From: an uncultured Candidatus Saccharibacteria bacterium
Lineage (GTDB): Bacteria; Patescibacteriota; Minisyncoccia; Phycocordibacterales; UBA2100
DNA length: 64,000 bases
Direction of reading: 5' to 3'
Assembly (NCBI GenBank): GCA_964589005.1
Contig: CAZPQI010000001.1
Span: 67,675 to 131,674, forward strand
Shown here: piece by piece, positions 37,056 through 47,180 of the stretch
Position numbering within the stretch: the stretch's first letter is position 1
Layout: every line of letters starts with the position of its first letter
The notes under the pieces: model-generated
Told to the model about the DNA's origin: nothing
The model's input: the letters and a program-made list of their open reading frames with translations, nothing else
Database searches by the model: none
Program-made: the position numbers and the translations under genes

Positions 37056-37463
37056 CTAACTCTTTACATGCGCAGGACACTTACATCCATGTGGTTTTAT
37101 AAATTCATCCACATATTCTTTTCCATAGTCGTATCCAAGTTCCTCTCCTACTGTAATATTTCTTGTTGCATAAAAGTTAAGTTGTCCTGCTTCGACTTCT
37201 ACCTCTGCATTTGGCTTACAAAAATGATTAATGTATCGCGCAGTATTCTCGCGTGTTGCTCCATCAATTGTATACCACTCGTTTATTTCAAATAAATATT
37301 TTGTCAGTCGTTTGTCTGCTTGCGCTGCTGAAATAAGCTCTCCAGTGTATTCAACTATAAATTCCCCTTTCTGTATTGGCGCTGTTGCAAAAAGACCAAG
37401 CCCCATACCCGTGCTGGCTCGTTTAACTGTAATTTTTGGCTGTGTACTTTGTGTATCTGTCAT
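37056..37463 (-). CDS. SET-domain protein (putative lysine methyltransferase)
   Basis: GLGLFA...IQKGEFIVEYTGE...ARYINHFCKPN...GEELGYDY...C.C post-SET cysteines. Confidence 0.8.
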   Translation of the reverse strand: MTDTQSTQPKITVKRASTGMGLGLFATAPIQKGEFIVEYTGELISAAQADKRLTKYLFEINEWYTIDGATRENTARYINHFCKPNAEVEVEAGQLNFYATRNITVGEELGYDYGKEYVDEFIKPHGCKCPAHVKS

Positions 37464-37485
37464 ATAAGCTGTAAAATATAAGCAC

Positions 37486-37728
37486 ATGGATATTTACACA
37501 AGTAGCTCGCTAGCACAAGCAAGTTCTGCCGCTTCCTCTGTGTGGGTACCAATGTTTCTTGCAATATTCGTATTTTTTGTACTCTATAGTGCGGTGCTCG
37601 TGTATCATTGGTTTACATACAGTATTCACGCACGTGCCGCCATTATGGCAACCACCGCTTATTTTATACTGAGTGCAGTGTTTCTTTTTTCAATGCTAGC
37701 GAGCGCCGTCACACTTTCAATTTTTTAA
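37486..37728 (+). CDS. small membrane protein
   Basis: 80 aa with two hydrophobic helices. Confidence 0.3.
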   Translation: MDIYTSSSLAQASSAASSVWVPMFLAIFVFFVLYSAVLVYHWFTYSIHARAAIMATTAYFILSAVFLFSMLASAVTLSIF

Positions 37729-37737
37729 TTTTTTATT

Positions 37738-38304
37738 ATGGTGCATAGATTACTACATAAAATAAGTTTGCAGCAAAACGAGAAGGTCTTGCTTATAGTA
37801 CGAAAACATTGGTTTACCTACTTTGTAAGCACACTAGGAATTATTGGTATCGGCATACTCCCCTTTATCGTCATCGCATTCGTTGCTCCCTTTATAGCCG
37901 CCAACCCTGCGGTGCCCGCTTTTTTTACCGCAGTATGGTTACTAGCTATTTGGATGATGTTTTTTACTGTCTGGACAAACTACTATTTAGACATATGGAT
38001 AGTTACCGACAAACGAATTATAAATATAGACCAAGTATATTTATTTAAACGCAACATATCTACACTGCGAGTTGAACGCGTGCAGGATATTAAAATAGAA
38101 GTCCATGGTTTTTTTGCAACGTTCTTTGATTTTGGAAATATACAAATTCAAACTGCAGGTCCAGAAGCCAGCTTTTATCTTATTAAAGGAATTCCTAATC
38201 CGAGCAATGTACGCAACGCCATTTTAGAGCGCGTTGATTTAACGACCGAACACAAAGACCGTTTCCAATACAACACCGATCAACGACCGTCGCAGAGCGA
38301 ATAG
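37738..38304 (+). CDS. bacterial PH-domain (YdbS/YdbT-like, DUF304) membrane protein
   Basis: A two-TM hairpin followed by a PH-like region (YYLDIWIVTDKRIINI). Confidence 0.55.
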   Translation: MVHRLLHKISLQQNEKVLLIVRKHWFTYFVSTLGIIGIGILPFIVIAFVAPFIAANPAVPAFFTAVWLLAIWMMFFTVWTNYYLDIWIVTDKRIINIDQVYLFKRNISTLRVERVQDIKIEVHGFFATFFDFGNIQIQTAGPEASFYLIKGIPNPSNVRNAILERVDLTTEHKDRFQYNTDQRPSQSE

Positions 38305-38351
38305 TAATATATGCAAGACACTGATTACGTTTTTTGCTATTATTGCTGCTA

Positions 38352-39596
38352 ATGAAACTTTCAACAGATAGCTACAAAGGAGTACGAGATTTTTATCCAC
38401 GCGATAAATTTGTACACGACTATATGGTAAATACTCTTTCGCAGGTGTGTGAGAGTTTTGGCTATGAATCTTACGACGCCTCAATTTTAGAACCTGCCGA
38501 GCTTTATAGAACTAAAACAAGCGATGAAATAGTCACTGAGCAAACCTATACATTTGAAGATCGAGGTGGCCGCGAAGTCACACTGCGCCCTGAAATGACT
38601 CCAACGGTAGCGCGCATGGTCGCTGGGAAATCGCGCGAGCTTGGCTTTCCACTGCGTTGGTACTCAATGCCAAACCTTTTTAGATACGAACGAGCACAAC
38701 GAGGTCGCCTTCGTGAGCATTGGCAACTTAACGCCGATTTATTTGGCATTGCTGGAGTAGATGCAGATGTGGAAATAATTTCGCTTGCATATAACCTTAT
38801 GACCTCCTTTGGTGCAACTGATGCTGATTTCGTAATTCGACTCAACGACCGAAGTGTCTTTGAACACATTTTTGACGAACTAAATATAGACTCAGGAACT
38901 CGCAAGGGTATCATGTCTCTTTTAGACAAACGCGCTAAAATAGACAACTTTGAAAGCGAACTCACAAAATTAACCGGAGACAAATCAAAAAAACTCATCG
39001 AGCTTCTTAATAGCGCCGCCTCCAACCCACTACTAGAAAACTTGCAATCACGCTTGGTTACACTTGGAATCACCAACGCTATCATCGACACTTCAATTGT
39101 TCGTGGTTTTGACTATTACACTGGTATGGTTTTCGAAATATTTGATACAGCGAAAGAAAATAATCGCTCACTAGCAGGTGGCGGCCGTTACGACGGTCTC
39201 CTTGAAATGTTTGGCGTTGACGCTATTCCCACTGTCGGTTTTGCGCTTGGTGATGTCACTATGAAAGATTTTTTGGAAACCCATGATCTCCTTCCTGAGT
39301 ACGTTTCGCCGACTGACATAATGCTGTGCGTCCTAGACGAAAATTCAACAGAATTTGCAAATCAAGTGGCGCAAAGTCTGCGTGACCAAGATATTAACGT
39401 TGCGGTTAATTACTCTTATAAAAAAGCAGGTGACCAAATCAAGCTCGCAGACAAAAAGTCGATTCCTTTCGCCGCGTGTGTTGGTGCAAAAGAGATAGAT
39501 AGTGGCAAACTTTCTGTAAAACATTTAGCAAGCGGTGACCAAAGCGAACTTTCGATTGAAGAAATAGCCGACCATATATTCACTCACGAATTATAG
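38352..39596 (+). CDS. hisS: histidyl-tRNA synthetase
   Basis: Motifs RGFDYYTGMVFE and GGGRYD with a C-terminal anticodon-binding domain. ATG lies 6 codons inside the TTG-initiated tracked ORF. Confidence 0.95.
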   Translation: MKLSTDSYKGVRDFYPRDKFVHDYMVNTLSQVCESFGYESYDASILEPAELYRTKTSDEIVTEQTYTFEDRGGREVTLRPEMTPTVARMVAGKSRELGFPLRWYSMPNLFRYERAQRGRLREHWQLNADLFGIAGVDADVEIISLAYNLMTSFGATDADFVIRLNDRSVFEHIFDELNIDSGTRKGIMSLLDKRAKIDNFESELTKLTGDKSKKLIELLNSAASNPLLENLQSRLVTLGITNAIIDTSIVRGFDYYTGMVFEIFDTAKENNRSLAGGGRYDGLLEMFGVDAIPTVGFALGDVTMKDFLETHDLLPEYVSPTDIMLCVLDENSTEFANQVAQSLRDQDINVAVNYSYKKAGDQIKLADKKSIPFAACVGAKEIDSGKLSVKHLASGDQSELSIEEIADHIFTHEL

Positions 39597-39692
39597 GATT
39601 CTCTACATGGGAAAACACAAGGGAATCAAACCAAAACTAACAGCAATAGATGCTTTATCGAGGCCAATAAAGAAATATGCTACACTAAAAAT

Positions 39693-39932
39693 ATGGACAT
39701 CGATAAACTTGCAATAATAATGAAAGATGGTTTTGACTCAGTTGATACACGTTTCGATTCCATCGAACAAGAACTACGAGAAATGCGTAACGAATTCAGC
39801 CAACAACTGAAAGAAGTAAGAAACGATATCGAAAACTTACAACAAATGCGTGGATACTCAAAAGAGATTGATACGCTTATAGGTCGTGTCGGAGAACTCG
39901 AAAAACAATTTAAGCAAAAATTCGCGTCGTAG
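39693..39932 (+). CDS. small coiled-coil hypothetical protein
   Basis: 79 aa, heptad-rich. Confidence 0.3.
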   Translation: MDIDKLAIIMKDGFDSVDTRFDSIEQELREMRNEFSQQLKEVRNDIENLQQMRGYSKEIDTLIGRVGELEKQFKQKFAS

Positions 39933-39960
39933 CCACTACTAATACTGTAATATCTCTAGG

Positions 39961-40536
39961 ATGCGTAAAATAGTTTTTGATATAGAAACGAGTAATACTT
40001 TTGGAGACGTGGGCTCGGGGAATCCCGCAGCGCTGGATATATCGGTTGTATGCTTGCATGATTCTGAAACAGACGAATACCATTCGTTTCTTCAGGAAGA
40101 TTTCTCGAAACTATGGAAATTTATTGAAGGAGCCGACATGCTTATAGGATACAATTCAGATCATTTCGATATTCCTCTTTTGGATAAATACTACCCTGGC
40201 GACTTAACTGCTATAAAAAGTTTAGATTTGTTGAAAGAAATTCACGCATCACTTGGACGTCGTGTTAAACTCGACGCAATTGCACAGGCGACCCTTGGAG
40301 AAAAAAAGAGCGGGCATGGCTTGCAAGCAATCCAGTGGTGGCGCGCAGGTGAAAAACAAAAAGTTATTGACTACTGTATTCAGGATGTAAAAGTAACCAA
40401 GAAAGTGTACGAATACGCACGTAAGCACGGAAAAGTGAAATATAAAGATTTAAGTACCATTAAAGATATTCAGCTCGATACAAGCACATGGGAAAACAAA
40501 GAAGATTCGTCGCTCACACATACTCTACCATTTTAA
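39961..40536 (+). CDS. DnaQ-like 3'-5' exonuclease (RNase H-like fold)
   Basis: VFDIETS (Exo I), YNSDHFDIPLL (Exo II) and YCIQDVKVT (Exo III, YxxxD). Confidence 0.7.
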   Translation: MRKIVFDIETSNTFGDVGSGNPAALDISVVCLHDSETDEYHSFLQEDFSKLWKFIEGADMLIGYNSDHFDIPLLDKYYPGDLTAIKSLDLLKEIHASLGRRVKLDAIAQATLGEKKSGHGLQAIQWWRAGEKQKVIDYCIQDVKVTKKVYEYARKHGKVKYKDLSTIKDIQLDTSTWENKEDSSLTHTLPF

Positions 40537-41462
40537 ATAAACACGATAATGATTCCAAGTGCGAGTAATAGCCTATACCAAACAAATATATAGAGGGTAT
40601 TGTTGCGCAGAAATTTCAGAAGGTAGTGGATTACAAAAATTGCTACAATAAAGGCTGTAAACGTTCCGATTAGGACATCAACCCCTATTTCACCGAGTCC
40701 CACATCAAATGCCTGCTTGGCGCCTGCGCCGATAAAAATTGGTATTCCTAGCAAAAAGCTAAACTTTGCAGACACAGCTCGCGGTAAGCCAAAAAACATT
40801 CCACCCGAGATAGTCATTCCTGAGCGACTCATTCCAGGAATGAGGGCGAGTGATTGAAACAATCCAATAGCCAACCCTTTCTTCCAACTTCCCTTCTCCC
40901 AAATGGTCAGGGAGCCTCCTTGACCATTTGAGTTACGAACTGTTGTGTATCGCTCGGCAGAGATCATAATTAATGACCCAATTATAAGAGCTACTGCAAC
41001 GAGTAACGGGTTCCGAAAAATCGTAGCCATAATATCTTCAAGAAAAAGTCCTAAAATTACTGCTGGTATTATTCCAACAATAAGTGCGTATAACATTTGC
41101 TTGTCCTCTTCGGCAACCTCAATCCCAAAAGGAGTAATCCGATTACTACCGTTTGGCAGCAGTCCGGTTACTACCGTGTAAAGAGTTGCTGTTAATTTCA
41201 AAATATCACGCCAAAAATAAACAACTATTGCGGCAGCTGTGGCAAAGTGTAGAAATGAATCAAATGTTAGGTCAAGTACCCCCGCAGACCCTAAAAATTC
41301 ACGTGCGAGAATTAAATGCCCCGAAGAAGAAATTGGTAAAAACTCGGTAAGTCCCTGTACGATTCCTAGTATTATATTTGTAAAAATTGTTGGTTCAATC
41401 ATATATGAACCATATCGTACAACACTAACGTATTTCAACAAAATTTCTTTATTCGTCATCAA
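40533..41462 (-). CDS. uppP: undecaprenyl-diphosphatase
   Basis: GLTEFLPISSSGHL and SRSGMTISGG motifs. Eight TM segments. Confidence 0.9.
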   Translation of the reverse strand: MMTNKEILLKYVSVVRYGSYMIEPTIFTNIILGIVQGLTEFLPISSSGHLILAREFLGSAGVLDLTFDSFLHFATAAAIVVYFWRDILKLTATLYTVVTGLLPNGSNRITPFGIEVAEEDKQMLYALIVGIIPAVILGLFLEDIMATIFRNPLLVAVALIIGSLIMISAERYTTVRNSNGQGGSLTIWEKGSWKKGLAIGLFQSLALIPGMSRSGMTISGGMFFGLPRAVSAKFSFLLGIPIFIGAGAKQAFDVGLGEIGVDVLIGTFTAFIVAIFVIHYLLKFLRNNTLYIFVWYRLLLALGIIIVFI

Positions 41463-42318
41463 CTAAACCAAAACGATAGACATCAAAAGAATCCTCGCCT
41501 TCAAACATGTCGGAGGGATTCGGGAGATAAATACGTTTACGTGTAATTTCTTTTGTCGCGTCGTTTATGAGCTTGTGAAAAACTTTAAATTCCTCTTTGC
41601 ACTCATCAAAATTAATTACATGCTTGCGCATTTGGCTTCTCCCGTCTGCATTTCTAGTTTTTTTACATTCAAAAAAAATAAAACGCTTTACTGGTTTTTT
41701 AAATTCCTGCGAAACGGTGTAGTAATTAAAAATTGCCTGTAATACAAAAAGTGTTTTGTCTTTCCCCTTTGAGCTGAAAAACGCAACAAATTTGTGATCA
41801 ACAATATCAACCGCACCTTTATTTCCTCTCGATTCCACAACTAAATCTGAAACTGCTTTCACAGGAAGTGCTAACCCTTTTACTTTTGCATATCCTTTAA
41901 CTTCAACTCCAAGCACTTTATGCCTAGGAGGGCGTGCGAGATAAAAACCAACTGAACGTAAATACTCTTTCTCCATCACTAATCTTTTCTTTTTTTGCGC
42001 TCCGCGCGTCTTGTGGACACCAAAGTTTATTTCGAAATTTGGTACGTCGCGTAGATATTCAAGTCCAATATCAATTGCCTCATCTTTAGGTACTCCCTCG
42101 TAAAAATGCTGTAGCGCAACATGTCCAGCTCGGCCTGTAATGCCGGCAGGAGAGCTCGGAGTGTCGTATATATGCTCAACATAGCGCTTGTACCACGCCA
42201 GTGGGTTGCGCAGCAATGCCATCAAAGAAGAGTGGCTCCAGTATTTTATGGGAGGTTTTCTTCTTACCCTGACTTTCGTCTTCTGTATAACTTTCTGTTT
42301 CTTTTTCGCTCGCACCAT
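41449..42318 (-). CDS. PD-(D/E)xK-superfamily nuclease-like protein
   Basis: GRAGHVALQHF plus D...VDIVDHKF-type motifs. The N-terminus is Lys/Arg-rich. Confidence 0.5.
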   Translation of the reverse strand: MVRAKKKQKVIQKTKVRVRRKPPIKYWSHSSLMALLRNPLAWYKRYVEHIYDTPSSPAGITGRAGHVALQHFYEGVPKDEAIDIGLEYLRDVPNFEINFGVHKTRGAQKKKRLVMEKEYLRSVGFYLARPPRHKVLGVEVKGYAKVKGLALPVKAVSDLVVESRGNKGAVDIVDHKFVAFFSSKGKDKTLFVLQAIFNYYTVSQEFKKPVKRFIFFECKKTRNADGRSQMRKHVINFDECKEEFKVFHKLINDATKEITRKRIYLPNPSDMFEGEDSFDVYRFGLVDDE

Positions 42319-42333
42319 AGGCAGCAGTATACA

Positions 42334-43497
42334 TTACGAGTTTGCCACGGCACCAGAAACCGCTTCCACTATCCCCTCGTCAAATGGTTCAGGAATTATT
42401 TTTTCTGCTGTTGGCTCTTTAACAAGTGCTGCGAGGGCTTCAGCTGCTTTAATTTTCATATCGTCGGTAATTTGCGAAACTCCTGAATCAAATGCTCCTT
42501 TAAATATTCCAGGGAATACTAATGAATTGTTTATCTGATTTGGTTGATCCGAACGGCCCGTGGCTACTACTGTAGCTCCCGCATTTCTTGCAACATCTGG
42601 ATCAATTTCAGGCACAGGATTCGCAAGTGCAAAGATTATTGGTTCTGAATTCATAGTCGCAACCATTTCTTTCGTTAAAATATTCGGTGCTGAAACCCCT
42701 ATAAATACATCCTTACCAACTACGGCTTCCTCTAACCCGCCACAAATTTCGCTAATAGCACAACATTCCAGTATCTTTTTCTGAGACACATCTAAGTCTT
42801 CGCGACACTTTGAAACAATACCTCCTCCGTCAACAATAGTTACTCGAGGAAAACCGTACTTCTGCAATAGCGAAACTATCGCAATACCTGCCGCCCCAGA
42901 ACCAGTAACAACAATTTTCAAATCATCTTTAATCTTCCCAGTAACCTTAAGTGCATTAATGAGTCCTGCCAAAACTACAATAGCGGTGCCGTGTTGGTCG
43001 TCGTGAAATACAGGGATATCGAGTTCTGCTTTTAATCTTTCCTCAATTTCAAAACACCGTGGTGCAGAAATATCTTCAAGATTAATACCACCAAATGTAG
43101 GAGCAATATTCTTAATCGTCTCTACTATTTCGTCAACATCTTGTGTGGCAAGAGCTATAGGAAAAGCATCCACACCAGCAAAGGTTTTAAACAGTGCACA
43201 TTTGCCCTCCATAACTGGTAACGCCGCTTCTGGGCCAATATTGCCCAAGCCAAGCACTGCTGAGCCATCTGTGATGACAGCCACCATCTTTTTAGTCGCG
43301 ACTAAATCGCGTGCTCGTTCAGGATTTTTGGCAATCAATTCTGAAACTGCTGCCACGCCTGGCGTATAGGCGATTGAAAGCTCCTCTTTGTTTGTAACGG
43401 GGAATATACTTTCAATGCGAATCTTTCCACCCTTTTCTTCGTGCTGCCTGATTGATTCCTCTCCGTAATTCATTCGGGCAAGTATATCACGCAGCAT
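42334..43497 (-). CDS. NAD(P)-dependent malic enzyme (short form)
   Basis: YTPGVA, the GSGAAGIAI Rossmann motif, and ALANPVPEI. Confidence 0.9.
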   Translation of the reverse strand: MLRDILARMNYGEESIRQHEEKGGKIRIESIFPVTNKEELSIAYTPGVAAVSELIAKNPERARDLVATKKMVAVITDGSAVLGLGNIGPEAALPVMEGKCALFKTFAGVDAFPIALATQDVDEIVETIKNIAPTFGGINLEDISAPRCFEIEERLKAELDIPVFHDDQHGTAIVVLAGLINALKVTGKIKDDLKIVVTGSGAAGIAIVSLLQKYGFPRVTIVDGGGIVSKCREDLDVSQKKILECCAISEICGGLEEAVVGKDVFIGVSAPNILTKEMVATMNSEPIIFALANPVPEIDPDVARNAGATVVATGRSDQPNQINNSLVFPGIFKGAFDSGVSQITDDMKIKAAEALAALVKEPTAEKIIPEPFDEGIVEAVSGAVANS

Positions 43498-43589
43498 TAT
43501 ACAGCACAGCCTTTGCAGAAAGGTGCTCTTAGTGATAAAATCGCTCGGTACATTTATCCGTTACTAGCTTAATAAAGGACAGGGAACTT

Positions 43590-44015
43590 ATGAATACCGA
43601 AGTAGCACAAGAAAAACAATACGACGTCGAACGAATCGAAACACCGCTCGACATTGCACGTGGAAATTTCGAGAAATGGAACGAAGCTCTGCAGAGCAAA
43701 GATCCAGCTATTGTGTCCGCACTTTATACAGAAAGTGCATCATTTCTTCCCACTATGGAGGTGACAAAAAGTGGTCGTGCTGAAGCGGAACAATATTTTG
43801 TTCATTTTCTTGACAAATTACCACTTGGTACTATTACAGAAGATACCGTGCAGCAAATAACCAACGATACTATCGTCCACTCAGGCCTTTATGACTTTGA
43901 ACTTGGTCCAGAAAATAACCGAAGTATCGCACATGCTCGCTTTACGTTTGTTTGGACACAAATAGACGGTTCGTGGAAAATCTTACACCACCATTCGTCT
44001 GTTGTTCCACAGTAG
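43590..44015 (+). CDS. NTF2-like/SnoaL-like (DUF4440-type) protein
   Basis: 141 aa. The pattern (ALYTESASFLPT...WKILHHHSS) fits the NTF2-like fold. Confidence 0.45.
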   Translation: MNTEVAQEKQYDVERIETPLDIARGNFEKWNEALQSKDPAIVSALYTESASFLPTMEVTKSGRAEAEQYFVHFLDKLPLGTITEDTVQQITNDTIVHSGLYDFELGPENNRSIAHARFTFVWTQIDGSWKILHHHSSVVPQ

Positions 44016-44078
44016 GAGCCTAACGAAATAATGTTGTACAAAAACCCTTGCTTAAGTGCGAGGGTTTTTATATTAAGA

Positions 44079-44699
44079 TTAAACAATTTCTTTTTCCTCA
44101 GGTTTCAGTTCTCTCAATTTTTGGTCTTCTTGGTACAGTTTGTAAAGTTCATTCATTGCTCGTTGTATCATTTCTTCATCATACGCATCGAAAAATTTCT
44201 CAAGCCTATGCACGAGTCTACGGACGCTATCGGCTATTAACCCCTCTATATTTTCTTCTAACTTCTCTCCAAGCACATCCTCTCTTCCAAAGGATCTCTC
44301 CATTTTTATATACAAATCATCGATATTTTCAAGTTCTCGGATCGCCTGAGCAATCAGAATATTTTCTTCAGAACTGAGTTCCTTAGACTCATACGTTTCG
44401 CTCCTTGCTACGGCACTAATTTTTCTCATGCGTGCTGAAAGTGCATTAATTTCCTGAAGTAATTTTTTTGCAGCCTCTGTGTCAAGACGGGGGACTATTG
44501 GTTTTTCTGGAAATAAATCTTTCACAAAGCCAGTACTGTAATGAGCTTGGCTCTCATTTGGACTCGTTGAAATACTTGCTTGAGCATTACCTTCTGGAAC
44601 AGCAAGTGCTCCAAAAAGTGCTGTGGCAAATATAGCCGCCTTTTTCCCGTTGACCTTTTTACCTTTTTCCGGATTTTCGTTACCAATTTTTTCGATCAT
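44079..44699 (-). CDS. hypothetical secreted coiled-coil protein
   Basis: Signal-peptide-like N-terminus (KKAAIFATALFGALAVP) followed by an E/K-rich coiled coil. Confidence 0.4.
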   Translation of the reverse strand: MIEKIGNENPEKGKKVNGKKAAIFATALFGALAVPEGNAQASISTSPNESQAHYSTGFVKDLFPEKPIVPRLDTEAAKKLLQEINALSARMRKISAVARSETYESKELSSEENILIAQAIRELENIDDLYIKMERSFGREDVLGEKLEENIEGLIADSVRRLVHRLEKFFDAYDEEMIQRAMNELYKLYQEDQKLRELKPEEKEIV

Positions 44700-44740
44700 A
44701 TTAAAAATTATCGCCTAACTCGTATCGAAAGTATACCAGA

Positions 44741-45682
44741 TCATAAATTAGAGGAACGATTCAATATAACTAAAAGTGCCATCCTAACCCATAAACCATT
44801 TTGAGCTTGCTCGAAGTGGCGTGCGTGCGAGTCGTTGTCCACCTCCACTGCCATTTCATCCACTCTCGGCAATGGATGCATAATAATTGCATCGTCCTTC
44901 ATTTGTTCAGCTAACTTTTTTGTTAATACATATTTTCCTTGAGCTTTTTCGTATTCTTCTTCACTCCCAAAGCGCTCCTTTTGTATTCGAGTCATATAGA
45001 GTACGTCTACTTTTTTAATGACTTCCTCAATCGTCTGCAGTTCCATATATGGAACTGCATTCTCTTTTAAATGTTCTTTCAGACTCTCCTTAAGCGAGCA
45101 GCTCTTTGGAGCAACAAAGCTAAAAGAATTTCCTGTGAATTTGGCAAGAATATACACCATCGAATCACACGTGCGCCCGTTGAGTAAATCGCCCACTCCT
45201 GCGATATGTAAGTTCTCGAGCGTTCCATGCTCGCGCCAAATGGTGTACACGTCAAGAAGCCCCTGCGTTGGATGCTGGCTACGCCCCGAGCCTGCGTTTA
45301 TCAATGGAACAGAAACTGTGGAGAGTGCTTTTATAGATGCGTCATCTTCGTGATGTCGCATAATAATCATATCGCTGTACATCGAAATAATACGAATAGT
45401 ATCTTCAATAGTTTCTCCTTTAGATACTGAAGAAGAACCTCGGGCGTTTTCAGTGGAAATTATAGAGCCACCCAGGCGAGCTATTGCAGACTCGAACGAA
45501 AGGCGCGTGCGAGTTGAGGGTTCATAAAAAAGCGTGGCAACTACTTTGCCACGCAATTCATTTTGGTATTCCTGAGGATTTGTCCGAATATCGTCAGTAA
45601 GAGCAAATAATTCCGCTAGAAACTCCGGCGTAAATTGCTGCGCGAGTATAGTGTGTGTATACGGACTCGGGTACGTACCCAT
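44741..45682 (-). CDS. pyrB: aspartate carbamoyltransferase catalytic subunit
   Basis: Motifs STRTRLSFE, HPTQ and HPLPR. The start is taken at the internal Met (MGTYPSPY). Confidence 0.95.
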   Translation of the reverse strand: MGTYPSPYTHTILAQQFTPEFLAELFALTDDIRTNPQEYQNELRGKVVATLFYEPSTRTRLSFESAIARLGGSIISTENARGSSSVSKGETIEDTIRIISMYSDMIIMRHHEDDASIKALSTVSVPLINAGSGRSQHPTQGLLDVYTIWREHGTLENLHIAGVGDLLNGRTCDSMVYILAKFTGNSFSFVAPKSCSLKESLKEHLKENAVPYMELQTIEEVIKKVDVLYMTRIQKERFGSEEEYEKAQGKYVLTKKLAEQMKDDAIIMHPLPRVDEMAVEVDNDSHARHFEQAQNGLWVRMALLVILNRSSNL

Positions 45683-45783
45683 TAAAACTAAATGGTAACA
45701 TTGGGACTCACAAACCACAAATATTGTAAAAATAAATTACCCTCATTAGCTTGCTCTAGAGTAGTTTATTACTACGTAGTTAT

Positions 45784-46791
45784 CTACGTATTTAAATGCT
45801 GAGAAAAAGGGTGTATGCATTCTTTTAACTCATAAGCATCCCCATGTCCTAGTAAACCTAAGTACGATTGCAAAGTCTCTTGCTTTCCATCAGTTTCAGC
45901 AACCCTCTTTAACATCCTGCGTTTTGTTACACTGCGTAGCACACGATGGTTAGGAAAATGTACCCAACCTAAAAAATCTATCCCAGAAGCAAGTGTCTCA
46001 ACAGAAGTCTTTCGTTGATGTAATTCGAGCTGTAGTTTAACTTGTAAAAACCTTTCGATATATCGAAAGGTTTTTACAGGAACATTCCTATCGTGTGAAA
46101 GAAACATGAAATCGTCAGCATAACGAATATAGTATTTTGCTTTCAGTTTGTGCTTAACAAACTGGTCAAACTCATTCATATATATATTAACAAAAAGTTG
46201 CGAAGTGAGGTTACCAAGCGGTAATCCTTTTCCTTTCACCCCGGAGTTGAAGCTCCCCATAATTTCTGCCAAAAGTGCAATACTATCTTTGTCAGCGATA
46301 TGTTTCTTCAAAATATCCATTAAGATACTATGGTCAATAGAGGCAAAGAACTTTCGTATGTCGCTTTTAAATACCCATACTGTTTTCGTGTTGTTTTTGG
46401 AAACTTTGTTTGAAAAACTACGAAAACGATTCACCGCTTTGTGTGTTCCCTTATTACTTCTACAAGAATATGAGTCAGCGATGAACGTGTTGTCAAAATA
46501 TGGATAGAGTTGTCTATATAATGCGTGGTGAAGCAAGCGATCACGGACACTTGCCTTGTGAATATTTCTTGGCTTCGGGTCGGAAATATTAAAGGCTTCG
46601 TATTTGCCATGCTTGTATATTTTGTTTTTTAAATCTTGGTGTAATGAAAGTATGTTATCCATTAGATGTAATTGGAATTCCTGCACATCTTTTCGTTTTC
46701 TTTTACCATTGAGAAATTCCTTCCACGCACCAAGAAGATTTTCTACTGAGATGATATCATTGTATGTATGAGAAAATCTCAACATCAGCAT
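45784..46791 (-). CDS. reverse transcriptase, DGR-type
   Basis: YIRYADDFMF is the YADD catalytic motif. GLPLGNLTSQLFVNIYMNEFD carries the DGR-specific [I/L]GxxxSQ motif 4. The N-terminus is FENLLGAWKEFLNGKRKRKDV. No maturase/X or En domain, 336 aa. The start is at ATG (MLMLRF); the tracked ORF uses an upstream TTG through a G10 run. Confidence 0.9.
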   Translation of the reverse strand: MLMLRFSHTYNDIISVENLLGAWKEFLNGKRKRKDVQEFQLHLMDNILSLHQDLKNKIYKHGKYEAFNISDPKPRNIHKASVRDRLLHHALYRQLYPYFDNTFIADSYSCRSNKGTHKAVNRFRSFSNKVSKNNTKTVWVFKSDIRKFFASIDHSILMDILKKHIADKDSIALLAEIMGSFNSGVKGKGLPLGNLTSQLFVNIYMNEFDQFVKHKLKAKYYIRYADDFMFLSHDRNVPVKTFRYIERFLQVKLQLELHQRKTSVETLASGIDFLGWVHFPNHRVLRSVTKRRMLKRVAETDGKQETLQSYLGLLGHGDAYELKECIHPFSQHLNT

Positions 46792-46798
46792 AATACTA

Positions 46799-46808
46799 CC
46801 CCCCCCCC
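46799..46808. repeat. C10/G10 homopolymer in the 35-bp gap between the RT and avd start codons
   Basis: Read from the sequence. This is the only long G/C homopolymer noticed in the window. Confidence 0.8.
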
Positions 46809-46826
46809 GCAACTACTCAACCTAAG

Positions 46827-47180
46827 TTGATACCAGTGGTTTTAAGATTGAAGGATGTGTACGGTATATGGCAAGCATATCTTATACACTTCCCGAAACA
46901 AAATCGCTATACTCTTGGCTCAAAAATTGACGAAGTATTCTTGCTCGCTATAGAATATTGTTTCCTAGCTAGTTACGCCCCAAAAGATACTAAAATTATT
47001 CACCTCAACCGCTGTATATCGCGAGTTGACCTTCTTAAGTTACTTTTACAATTATCTTGGGAAATACAAGCACTGGACACTAAAAAATATACGGTACTTA
47101 GTGAACAACTACAGGAAGTAGGCAGAATGCTTGGCGGGTGGAGAAAGGGGTTGGAAGTTAAAAACTCCCCACAAAAGTGA
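46827..47180 (+). CDS. avd: Avd-like accessory variability determinant (four-helix-bundle, 23S rRNA-IVS protein family)
   Basis: 117 aa. YGIWQAYLIHFPKQNRYTLG..., the central LLKLLLQLSWEI, and the C-terminal EVGRMLGGWRKG line up with Bordetella bAvd (EVGRILGSWIARVNRKG). Initiates at TTG. It is encoded on the strand opposite to the RT, TR and target. Confidence 0.7.
   Translation: MIPVVLRLKDVYGIWQAYLIHFPKQNRYTLGSKIDEVFLLAIEYCFLASYAPKDTKIIHLNRCISRVDLLKLLLQLSWEIQALDTKKYTVLSEQLQEVGRMLGGWRKGLEVKNSPQK

Noticed and set aside
45784-46812. RT as a group II intron or retron RT
   Set aside because: No group II RNA domains (no DV/DVI-like structure, no maturase/X or En domain downstream). It has the DGR-specific [L/I]GxxxSQ motif and a cognate TR/VR pair. 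Too short and wrong motif 4 for group II, and no msr/msd-like inverted repeats for a retron.
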